This document shows, in pieces, positions 8,000 to 15,295 of a stretch of 24,000 nucleotides of DNA. The DNA lies in assembly GCA_028718505.1 (NCBI GenBank), contig JAQULQ010000007.1, forward strand, positions 6,353-30,352, given 5' to 3'. A model generated the notes under the pieces. The model was not told the DNA's origin and did no database searches. It was given only the letters and a program-made list of their open reading frames with translations. Position 1 is the stretch's first letter. Each line of letters begins with the position of its first letter. Source of the DNA: Candidatus Colwellbacteria bacterium. Lineage in GTDB: Bacteria > Patescibacteriota > Minisyncoccia > UBA6257 > Colwellbacteraceae. A program made the translations under genes and the position numbers.

Positions 8000-8019
8000 A
8001 CCAGACCGGAGAGGTCAGC
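8000..8019. repeat. Intergenic repeat family R, copy 4
   Basis: ACCAGACCGGAGAGGTCAGC, 19/20 to copy 2, 1 bp after the stop codon. Confidence 0.75.
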
Positions 8020-8043
8020 ACTTCGGCAAAGCTCGGTGTAAAC

Positions 8044-8062
8044 CAAGTCGTGCTAGCACGAG
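8044..8062. repeat. Intergenic repeat family E, copy 3, containing palindrome TCGTGCTAGCACGA
   Basis: Shares 16 identical bp (TCGTGCTAGCACGAGA) with 3719-3734. Confidence 0.65.
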
Positions 8063-8075
8063 ACGGGTTATAAAC

Positions 8076-8669
8076 ATGACCGAGAAAGAGATTCTAAATC
8101 TTATACAGGCGGATAAATGGATGATGAGGGTTCTTTTAACCGCATCATCTCTCAATCTTAAAGATTGGGCCGTGGGCGCCGGATTTGTTAGGAATAAAGT
8201 GTGGGATTATTTGTCCGGAAAGACTAGAGAGACAGTTGACACAAATGATATTGATTTAGTTTATTTTGATCCAAATGGGAATAACGAAGAGGCTGACAAA
8301 GAATTATCGAAGGAGATGTTAACTCGGACTGGCCTTGATTGGGAGATTGTGAATCAATGCTATGCACACAAGTGGAACAACGTCCCGCCATACAAATCTA
8401 CAAAAGACGCCATAGCACACTGGCCAGAAACAGTGACCGCTATAGGAGTGACTATTGATAAAAATAACAAGCTTAAACTCATTGCCCCGTATGGGATAGG
8501 GGATTTAGTTCACTTCATTGTCAGGCTAAGTCCAAAATTTGAGGGCGGAAGTGGAGTGCTGCAAGAAAGGGTCCGCAAGAAACAGTGGCTAGAGAAATGG
8601 CCAGGGCTTAAGATAGTCAATGAAGGTGCTAGGCCGGAAGGGCCAGCACCTTCGATAAACTCAGTATAA
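8076..8669 (+). CDS. Nucleotidyltransferase family protein (COG3575-like)
   Basis: LKDWAVGAGFVRNKVWDYLSG...VDTNDIDLVYFD is consistent with this family. Confidence 0.8.
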   Translation: MTEKEILNLIQADKWMMRVLLTASSLNLKDWAVGAGFVRNKVWDYLSGKTRETVDTNDIDLVYFDPNGNNEEADKELSKEMLTRTGLDWEIVNQCYAHKWNNVPPYKSTKDAIAHWPETVTAIGVTIDKNNKLKLIAPYGIGDLVHFIVRLSPKFEGGSGVLQERVRKKQWLEKWPGLKIVNEGARPEGPAPSINSV

Positions 8670-8671
8670 AC

Positions 8672-8690
8672 CATCTAGTGCTAGACCGAG
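8672..8690. repeat. Intergenic repeat family E, copy 4
   Basis: CATCTAGTGCTAGACCGAG, sharing 13 identical bp (GTGCTAGACCGAG) with 14584-14596. Confidence 0.6.
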
Positions 8691-8705
8691 GAGAGTATCC
8701 TTACG

Positions 8706-8734
8706 TTGACAGAATATATTAATTGTGTTATAAG
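8706..8734 (+). promoter_or_regulatory. Strong sigma70-type promoter
   Basis: TTGACA (8706-8711), 17 nt spacer ending TGT, TATAAG (8729-8734). Confidence 0.75.
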
Positions 8735-8787
8735 CTGTGCTAGTTCTATTATAATTTCAATCTTTGCGACAAGTAGACAACCTACAG

Positions 8788-8833
8788 GGTAAGGAAAGTG
8801 TTTATCAAATATTTGGTAGATACTTTCCTTACC
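8788..8833 (+). promoter_or_regulatory. Leader hairpin with near-continuous stem
   Basis: GGTAAGGAAAGTGTTTATCAA-atat-TTGGTAGATACTTTCCTTACC: 21 bp including 3 G-U pairs. Confidence 0.8.
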
Positions 8834-8870
8834 TTGTACTCCGATCTGGGGGTAAGGAGAAAGAGGCACC

Positions 8871-9419
8871 ATGCCCGATCGTGAGACAGTTGATATCAGC
8901 GGCCTCTCCAAGGCAGCAGTTCTCGCTGTTCTCTGGAACCACTCGGCTCCCGCCGGAATGGGATTCCTCCAAGCGGCTCTCGGACCCAAAGACGGTATGA
9001 CGGAGGAGGCGGCTTGGGAGATCATCAAGGCCAATGTCGATCCGGACTATCCCGGGCCTCGCACCATGCGGGGAAGCAACCTCAGCTTCGAATACCTCTT
9101 CGGTAGGCCTCTGAAGATCGATCTCGTCGAGAACGAGTTCGATCCGTGGGGCTATGACCGGGACAATGGTGGCGACGGCACGGCCCAACGGATCATCAAC
9201 CAACTCCGTGAAACCGGCGAGGTCAATCCGCCGGAGGCACAGGCCGGACACCGCTCGAAGGTCATCCTCAACGCCCACAGGGCGATGGAGATGGTCAACA
9301 CCGTCTCGACTCTCGAGAAGGGCGGCGGCGTTGCCATATTCCACCTCGGTGCAGACGAGCTCGCCGAGCCGTTGGAGAAGGCCATAGACACTGTCGTCGA
9401 CCGTGTCGAGAGCAGCTGA
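8871..9419 (+). CDS. Hypothetical protein with FEYLFGRPLKIDL...DPWGYDRDNGGDGTAQRII core
   Basis: 182-aa ORF, GTAAGGAGAAAGAGG SD region before ATG. The core resembles small hypothetical proteins I recall from bacteria and phages; function unknown. Confidence 0.7.
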   Translation: MPDRETVDISGLSKAAVLAVLWNHSAPAGMGFLQAALGPKDGMTEEAAWEIIKANVDPDYPGPRTMRGSNLSFEYLFGRPLKIDLVENEFDPWGYDRDNGGDGTAQRIINQLRETGEVNPPEAQAGHRSKVILNAHRAMEMVNTVSTLEKGGGVAIFHLGADELAEPLEKAIDTVVDRVESS

Positions 9420-9572
9420 TTCACTGACGGAACTCCGTCAAAGCGGCTGCGTCTACTTGTCGCATCCGCTTCCATAAATGTGTATTTATGCTGATGAGCT
9501 CAAAAGAGCGAAAAGCGTTACTCTTCTATATAAATCATAGATTATTTCAGACCAAGGGGGTTTTTAATATCT

Positions 9573-9624
9573 AAAAAGAACGAGGCCCGCACCGGAAGAC
9601 GACACCGGTGCGAAACACTCGTTC
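9573..9624 (-). terminator. Rho-independent terminator for the 10.5-9.7 kb operon
   Basis: Minus strand: GAACGAG...CGCACCGG...CCGGTGCG...CTCGTTCTTTTT, two nested stems plus a T tract. Confidence 0.75.
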
Positions 9625-9680
9625 CTGATGTCGGCCCCAGTGAGGGCCATCTCTAGCTGCTGCCCCCGTCGTTCAAGGCG

Positions 9681-10148
9681 TTACGATGATGCCGGAAAGA
9701 AGTGGGCGACGTGACTCTGGGGCACTCGCATAATGACACGCTGACCCTGCTCGAGCTTCAGGTCGGCCTCCGCCACGACTTCCGGGAGTTCGTCGCCGAA
9801 GGCAATGATCTCTGCCCTCTTAGCGTCGTCGGGGTACGAAACGATTACCCACTTGCCTTCATACTCCGGCTCCATGAGCTGTTCCTGGATACGAACCGGT
9901 ATAACCTGGATGACCTTGCCCCTCCCGTGAAGCACGTCTTCGAGCCAGTGAATGATCCTGCGCTGGAAGGACAGGATCGGGAAGACCGCCAGAAGGTTGC
10001 CAAAGACCATAGACAGCCACCACGGGCTGTGGCCGACCACTATCCACGCGATCGCGAAGAACCCGGGGAGGAAGAGGACCACGACGAGAAGGCAGAGGAT
10101 GAGTGTCAGAAGCGCCAGAAGCCTCAGAATATTGAGAAACGTTCTCAT
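9681..10148 (-). CDS. Two-TM hypothetical membrane protein with soluble C-terminal domain
   Basis: AGGAGG precedes ATG. LLALLTLILCLLVVVLFLPGFFAIAWIVVG is hydrophobic. Confidence 0.65.
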   Translation of the reverse strand: MRTFLNILRLLALLTLILCLLVVVLFLPGFFAIAWIVVGHSPWWLSMVFGNLLAVFPILSFQRRIIHWLEDVLHGRGKVIQVIPVRIQEQLMEPEYEGKWVIVSYPDDAKRAEIIAFGDELPEVVAEADLKLEQGQRVIMRVPQSHVAHFFPASS

Positions 10149-10210
10149 TTCGAAAACCTCCTACTCGCGAATAGTCCAGAGATAACAGCTTATTGCGGCG
10201 TAGCGGGTGA

Positions 10211-10555
10211 TCAAAGTCCTCTTCTCGCGCGCTTGGAGGCTCTGATCTTTCTGATGAAGGCTCGCATCACTGTCTCAGGGTTGTCGCCCGGCTCGATACG
10301 CAAGACCGTCCCGTTCCAACTGGAGAGAACCGACGCATAAGCTGTTCTCGCTTTGTCCAGCTGGGACCGGACAATTTCACGCAGGAGCTGACCTGCATAG
10401 GGTTGATAGTAGAGGGTGTGCCCATAACCGGCATTGGGAGACTCCAGAATCGCCAGCAAAAGACTAGCGACGTCCTCTGGAATGCCTCCGTGCGCCACGA
10501 GGGCATTGACTTCCCTTTCAGCGTCTCGAACAGCCAATTCGTAGTTGCACGCCAC
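10211..10555 (-). CDS. Hypothetical protein
   Basis: GTG start preceded by AGGAGAAG. It is cotranscribed with 9681-10148 by position. Confidence 0.6.
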   Translation of the reverse strand: MACNYELAVRDAEREVNALVAHGGIPEDVASLLLAILESPNAGYGHTLYYQPYAGQLLREIVRSQLDKARTAYASVLSSWNGTVLRIEPGDNPETVMRAFIRKIRASKRARRGL

Positions 10556-10569
10556 GTTTTCTTCTCCTA

Positions 10570-10618
10570 TGTCGAGGTGTCTATATCCAACAAGGTGTTG
10601 GCCACAGATACCTCGACA
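10570..10618 (-). promoter_or_regulatory. Leader hairpin immediately upstream of the SD
   Basis: Minus strand TGTCGAGGTATCTGTGGCCAAC-acctt-GTTGGATATAGACACCTCGACA, then TAGGAG. Confidence 0.75.
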
Positions 10619-10645
10619 CAGATATTAATTTAAAAGAACATTCTC

Positions 10646-10674
10646 TGTATGCCACGTGAAGACTACATAGTCAA
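10646..10674 (-). promoter_or_regulatory. Promoter, TTGACT-N17-CATACA with extended -10 TGG
   Basis: Near-copy of the promoter region at 6326-6354. Confidence 0.55.
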
Positions 10675-10760
10675 TACGTCTGGCGCCTAAAATATGTACG
10701 TACACTGATCTAGGGAGGTAGAGTCTAGTGTTGAAATAAATTTATTAATACTCATAAACG

Positions 10761-10792
10761 CAGGAACCCCACCACCGGAATGGCGGGGTTCC
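10761..10792 (-). terminator. Probable terminator of the 10811-11155 gene
   Basis: Minus strand GGAACCCC...GGGGTTCC hairpin with a weak T-rich tail. Confidence 0.5.
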
Positions 10793-10810
10793 GCAATTCG
10801 GTAGTGGGGT

Positions 10811-11155
10811 CTATTCAGAGATGACGAGATGGAGTTCACCTCTACGGTTAGCGATGCTGAAGAGTGCCGTGAACTTCAGCCCCATCAGTCTCAGTTCGTA
10901 CTGCATGCCGCTTGGGACGTCGACGATAACGCCCTCGACATCCCATTCGGTCCTATCGCTACCAACGCGATGAAGCCCGTCGATGACTGCCTCGATCCAT
11001 CGACCTGACGACAAGATGTTCCTCACGCTCGGATGCTCAAGCGTGAACCTCACTACTGGTCGATAGTGAGGAGTAGCCCCGTGCGTCCCGAGCAAGGAGA
11101 TGCCCATGTCGAGCAGTGATGGACCATCGATGATGAAGATGTCCCGATCGGTCAT
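10811..11155 (-). CDS. Hypothetical protein (start revised from 11260)
   Basis: TTAGGAGGTCGGATG gives an SD and start at 11155, translating MTDRDIFIIDGPSLLDMG... Confidence 0.6.
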   Translation of the reverse strand: MTDRDIFIIDGPSLLDMGISLLGTHGATPHYRPVVRFTLEHPSVRNILSSGRWIEAVIDGLHRVGSDRTEWDVEGVIVDVPSGMQYELRLMGLKFTALFSIANRRGELHLVISE

Positions 11156-11251
11156 CCGACCTCCTAAGGTGCAAGCCCTTATTGAGCAAGAGCAACTCCT
11201 TCCTGAGATTTCTCCCAGAGACCTGATTATCCAATCAGGAATTGTAAGAAA

Positions 11252-11280
11252 AAAGTACAACTATTATTGACGTACGTCAA
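11252..11280 (-). promoter_or_regulatory. Promoter with the -35 box inside a 14-bp palindrome
   Basis: TTGACG, 17 nt spacer, TACTTT on the minus strand. TTGACGTACGTCAA at 11267-11280 is a perfect palindrome. Confidence 0.5.
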
Positions 11281-11464
11281 ATAACCCCTGACCGAGGAGC
11301 CTAATTCCGCTACATTGTCGTGGCGGACAGACAAAGAAAAGAGCGAAAGAAAGAATGGCGGGGACAGATGGGCGAGAGAATGACTTGAATTCTAATTTTG
11401 GTTAGAATAATCGCTATAGCGTTGAGCTTAGCTCTGTAAGTTAAGCTGCGTGTATACGTATTAG

Positions 11465-11992
11465 ATGATGAGGGCAGGAAATTTGAGAGAAGAATTCACC
11501 AGAGCATATGATAGTTATGCAGATGCAATTTTCAGACATTGCTACTTCAGAGTATCTGACAAAGAGAAGGCAAAGGATCTGATGCAGGAAACTTTTATCC
11601 GTACCTGGGACTACATCGAAAAGGGCAATAAGATTCAATTTAAAAAGATAAAATCTTTTCTGTATAAAACTGCCAGCAACCTGATTATTGATGAATACCG
11701 TAAGAACAAAGGTACTACCTCGTTGGAAGGGTTGCGGGACAAAGGTTTTGAGATTGGGATCAAGCCGGAGCTGGATCGAGCCGCGGATGTTCAGATAGAA
11801 GTGAGGAGGGTAATGGAGGTCTTAGACGACTTAGGCAAACAATATAGGGAGGTGGTAATTATGAGATATATAGACGGACTTGCCCCAAAGGAAATTTCTG
11901 AGATAACGGGGGATACAACTAATAACGTCTCGGTGAAGCTTAATCGCGCAGTGAGAAATATTAAAGAGATTATTGCAGCAGATGAAGAATAA
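11465..11992 (+). CDS. RNA polymerase sigma factor, sigma-70 family (ECF-like)
   Basis: HCYFRVSDKEKAKDLMQETFIRTWDYI (region 2) and YREVVIMRYIDGLAPKEISEITGDTTNNVSVKLNRAVRNI (region 4). Confidence 0.9.
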   Translation: MMRAGNLREEFTRAYDSYADAIFRHCYFRVSDKEKAKDLMQETFIRTWDYIEKGNKIQFKKIKSFLYKTASNLIIDEYRKNKGTTSLEGLRDKGFEIGIKPELDRAADVQIEVRRVMEVLDDLGKQYREVVIMRYIDGLAPKEISEITGDTTNNVSVKLNRAVRNIKEIIAADEE

Positions 11993-13169
11993 AACAAAAA
12001 GTTTATTCCAGGGTGCTGATAAAATGACTCTGACCGATAAGGAGAAAGAGGGAGTTAAATACATCATTAATGCGTATATCGACACCCACCCCGTAAGAGT
12101 CGGGCTCTTAGAACGTATTAGAGAGCAAAGGTCGGCAAGGAAATCAAAGTTAAGAATAATGCCATTAGCATTAGCATTACTACTGACTTTTAGCGGGGGA
12201 ACCGCACTGGCGGCTAGCGGATCTCTACCAGGAGACCTACTCTATCCGGTGAAAGTCGGTATAAACGAGCAACTTAGAGGAGCAATAGCTTTTACTAGTG
12301 AGGCCCAGGCGAATTATCAGGGCGATCTTGCTGCCAGAAGGATAGCAGAGATGGAGCAGCTCGCCGCCGAGGGAAAACTAGGAGCGGACATAAAAGAAAA
12401 AGCCGAGGCTCGCTTTGAGAAACACTCAGAGAAAACACTTGATTTGATTGAGAAGCTGGAGGCAAAGGGAAACTTTAAAGCCGCAGCTGCCGTAAGCTCC
12501 AGGTTTGAGGCTTCTTTGGAGGCCCACGAAGAGCTAATAGCTGAGATGTCCGAGAGGGGAGAATCTATAAGAACTCGCCTTGCGGACATACAAACAAGAA
12601 TAAATTCAAGGTTAAATGCAGCAGCTCAAGCAAGAATTGACGCAGAAGCTCAGATAACAGCAGAAGGCGAACAAGCTAAGAGCGAGTTGCGGGCTTCCAT
12701 AGAAACTAGAGCAAGACAATCTGAAAGGGAAATTAGCTCTGCTGAAAGTGAGCTTAGGAAATACGAGGCCGGGCTTAGTAGCCGAGTGAAGGCCGAGGTG
12801 GAAGCCAGGATCAAGGCCGCTGAAGACGCTCACGCAAACGGCGTAGCGCAAATGGAGGTTAATAATCCTACTGCCGCTCTCAAATACTTCCAGAACTCGG
12901 TAAATCTTACATACCAGTCTGAAGTGATGATGAGGTCGTGGATATCTTTCGCTCTTAAACTCGAGGAAAGAAATAGATTCCAAGGCGGAGACGGGGACGA
13001 TGTTTCCAACGACAACGTCGATGAAGTTGAACAGGAGGAAGAAAGTAGCCAAGAAGAAAGCAACATCGAAACCGAGACTAACATGGGAGGTAGTATCGAT
13101 GTTGATACGGGCGGTCTGGACGCCGGAGTGAACGGTAGGCTTGATGGCCAGATTAGAATAGGATCGTAG
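11982..13169 (+). CDS. DUF5667-like membrane protein, possible anti-sigma partner
   Basis: One TM (RIMPLALALLLTFSGGTALAASG), LPGDLLYPVKVGINEQLRGAIAF motif and a long charged coiled-coil. It overlaps the sigma factor gene. Confidence 0.75.
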   Translation: MKNKTKSLFQGADKMTLTDKEKEGVKYIINAYIDTHPVRVGLLERIREQRSARKSKLRIMPLALALLLTFSGGTALAASGSLPGDLLYPVKVGINEQLRGAIAFTSEAQANYQGDLAARRIAEMEQLAAEGKLGADIKEKAEARFEKHSEKTLDLIEKLEAKGNFKAAAAVSSRFEASLEAHEELIAEMSERGESIRTRLADIQTRINSRLNAAAQARIDAEAQITAEGEQAKSELRASIETRARQSEREISSAESELRKYEAGLSSRVKAEVEARIKAAEDAHANGVAQMEVNNPTAALKYFQNSVNLTYQSEVMMRSWISFALKLEERNRFQGGDGDDVSNDNVDEVEQEEESSQEESNIETETNMGGSIDVDTGGLDAGVNGRLDGQIRIGS

Positions 13170-13195
13170 AGAGTCTTCTCAGGGGGTAAACCACG

Positions 13196-13230
13196 GACAA
13201 AACCTCGCATTCAAGTGCGGGGTTTTGTTC
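13196..13230. terminator. Bidirectional-looking terminator
   Basis: ACAAAACCTCGCA-ttcaag-TGCGGGGTTTTGT. Confidence 0.75.
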
Positions 13231-13388
13231 GTATACGCAACAAGGAAAGGACGTTCATTCAGTGCCTTCTCATAGAGACGACTACGGTGAAAAGGGGGCC
13301 GGCCAAACAGAGCATAGCATTGGGGTGGCTGAGATGTATAATTTAATTAGGTCGTCGGGTTAAACGTACAAACCAATTTTGAATAAAT

Positions 13389-14537
13389 ATGCGCGGTATA
13401 GGAGTGGAGAAAGCGCCGGGGGAGCCGGGAGAAGATGAGTGGGACCCGAGGAATGAAGAGGCCCTCACCCGGAGGATGAAGGAGGACATAAGAGCAAAAG
13501 AGATAAAGGAATGTAATCCCGATAATCTTGAATCCATCATAGAAAGGAGGGGTCGGATCGGCCACGAACTATTTCCTGTTTCTGATGAGACTCGGGGAGA
13601 ACTAGAAAAAGTATACGAAGCGGTCGATCCGATTACGGGCGGGAGGTTTGAATTGCTTGTTTGTAATCCTAAAGGAGAAAGGGGGACGGTTATTGTTAAC
13701 GGTGATTTTACCGCCGATGTTGAAAACAGACCGACCAGAGAGTTCTTGGCCTACTTAGCCGATCTATACCCAGACTACAAAGTTATCTTCGAGGCGCCAC
13801 CTGGTTATGGTACAGATAGCCTAAAAACTTTTGCGAAAACAGAGAAGAAAAATGCACGGACCAAAGGAGCGTTCAGCATAATTGCCCGTCCTTCACTCAG
13901 GGCTCTGAAATCTTTGAAACTTGAGGAGGACTCAAAACCCCTAGAGCTTGGGGAAGATGTGGTGATTGTGGGCGCTTCTATGGGTGCACATATTGCAGTG
14001 GAACAGGCGCTCGTAGCGGAAGAAAAAGATATAGCCATTAAAGTTAAAAAGGTGGTCATTCTCGCCGGACCGATGGAAAAAAGGGGTACGATTGCTCTTA
14101 CAAAAGCTTTTACCAAAGACGATAAGCTTGCCCAAGAACAGATAGCCGAATCCCCGTACCTTCAGACTATTATCCCAACGCAAGAAGAGAAAAATGAAAA
14201 AGCTAAAAGGGGAGGGATAAAGGGCATGAAACATATGTTAGGATATGCCAGAGATTTAGCTCACTCCGAGCTGGAGAATGGTTTGGTTAAATTAGCCTTG
14301 GAGAGAAAAGGAATAGATGTTGACATCATTCTTGGCAGCCGTGATTCCGTAGCTAACTCACGTACCTATATGAGAGCGATCGAAAGAGCACAGGAGGGTG
14401 GTGGTTTTATAGGCGGGAGGACGGAAATTGGATGGTCGCACGGAACCTTAGCTGATATTCCAAGAAGAATAACTAGCGTTGTGCCCTCCATCGGTAGGGG
14501 TGGAGAGGAGAAACTGAAAGAGCTCACCGAAATCTAA
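13389..14537 (+). CDS. Alpha/beta hydrolase fold protein
   Basis: VVIVGASMGAHIAVEQAL nucleophile elbow (G-x-S-x-G), DIILGSRDSVAN, and a late His in EIGWSHGTLADIP. Confidence 0.7.
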   Translation: MRGIGVEKAPGEPGEDEWDPRNEEALTRRMKEDIRAKEIKECNPDNLESIIERRGRIGHELFPVSDETRGELEKVYEAVDPITGGRFELLVCNPKGERGTVIVNGDFTADVENRPTREFLAYLADLYPDYKVIFEAPPGYGTDSLKTFAKTEKKNARTKGAFSIIARPSLRALKSLKLEEDSKPLELGEDVVIVGASMGAHIAVEQALVAEEKDIAIKVKKVVILAGPMEKRGTIALTKAFTKDDKLAQEQIAESPYLQTIIPTQEEKNEKAKRGGIKGMKHMLGYARDLAHSELENGLVKLALERKGIDVDIILGSRDSVANSRTYMRAIERAQEGGGFIGGRTEIGWSHGTLADIPRRITSVVPSIGRGGEEKLKELTEI

Positions 14538-14577
14538 ATATCGTCTGTTACTAAGTTATGGTGACCGGCCGAGGGGT

Positions 14578-14596
14578 TATTCGGTGCTAGACCGAG
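14578..14596. repeat. Intergenic repeat family E, copy 5
   Basis: TATTCGGTGCTAGACCGAG, with TCGGT-gctag-ACCGA stem; 13-bp match to copy 4. Confidence 0.55.
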
Positions 14597-14614
14597 AAAG
14601 ACAAATATACGGAA

Positions 14615-15136
14615 ATGAAGATAAATATTGGCTCACGAAATAAAATCAAAATAGAGGCACTCGAGGAGATCTTAAAAGAATATCCTCATCTTAAAGATGC
14701 AGAGGTAGTTGCCCTAGAGGCGGCGTCGGGCGTCTCAGATCAACCGAAGTCTTTAGGTGAGTCTGTCCGGGGAGCGATAAATCGCGCCAAGAGTATATTC
14801 AAAGACTGTAAATATAGCGTTGGTATTGAATCGGGCCTAATGGCTGTGCCGAACAGTAAAAGCGGCTTTATGGATGTATGTGTTTGCGCTATTTATGATG
14901 GAGAAGAGTTTCACCTTGGACTTTCCTCAGCTTGGGAGGCTCCCAATAAAGTTATGAAGCACATGCTTGAAGATGGCATGGATATGAATCAAGCGGCGTA
15001 CAAAGCCGGTCTGACTGATAATCCCACGGTCGGTTCGGCAGAGGGTCTTGTCGGCATAATGACTAAGGGGAGATTGACTCGAAAAGATTATACGAAAGAG
15101 GCTATGCGGACGGCCCTTATTCACATAGAAGAGTAA
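14615..15136 (+). CDS. yjjX: Inosine/xanthosine triphosphatase-like (non-canonical purine NTPase, DUF84)
   Basis: MKINIGSRNKIKIEAL, GVSDQPKSLGESVRGAINRAK, YSVGIESGL. Confidence 0.85.
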   Translation: MKINIGSRNKIKIEALEEILKEYPHLKDAEVVALEAASGVSDQPKSLGESVRGAINRAKSIFKDCKYSVGIESGLMAVPNSKSGFMDVCVCAIYDGEEFHLGLSSAWEAPNKVMKHMLEDGMDMNQAAYKAGLTDNPTVGSAEGLVGIMTKGRLTRKDYTKEAMRTALIHIEE

Positions 15137-15214
15137 TTTCTTAGTGGAAAATTTCCATCAAAAATCTAACCTAGTTAGCCAAGAGGAGATTCGAAAAATT
15201 AAAAACCTCATCGG

Positions 15215-15243
15215 TTGACAATAGATATCGTCCGTGGTTCACT
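15215..15243 (+). promoter_or_regulatory. Promoter, TTGACA-N17-TTCACT with TGG
   Basis: Same layout as the promoters of other GC-rich genes in the window. Confidence 0.45.
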
Positions 15244-15295
15244 CCCTTCATAACAGGAGCACTTTGAGGAGACGAGAAGAGGAAGGAGAGCGACG

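Noticed and set aside
4420-8019. Classical integron with attC sites.
   Set aside because: I could not find paired RYYYAAC/GTTRRRY core sites or a large imperfect palindrome at the repeats, and no integron integrase is visible. Only a looser cassette-like hypothesis is retained.
8829-9475. Long antisense ORFs opposite 8871-9419.
   Set aside because: GC-rich genes often leave long antisense frames open. Promoter, SD and protein motif all support the plus strand.
9702-10340. Plus-strand 212-aa ORF opposite the 9681-10555 operon.
   Set aside because: It spans both minus-strand genes and their junction, has no SD or promoter, and shows low-complexity charged composition.
12317-13210. Several minus-strand ORFs opposite the DUF5667-like gene.
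   Set aside because: They are a by-product of the charged, repetitive coiled-coil coding sequence.
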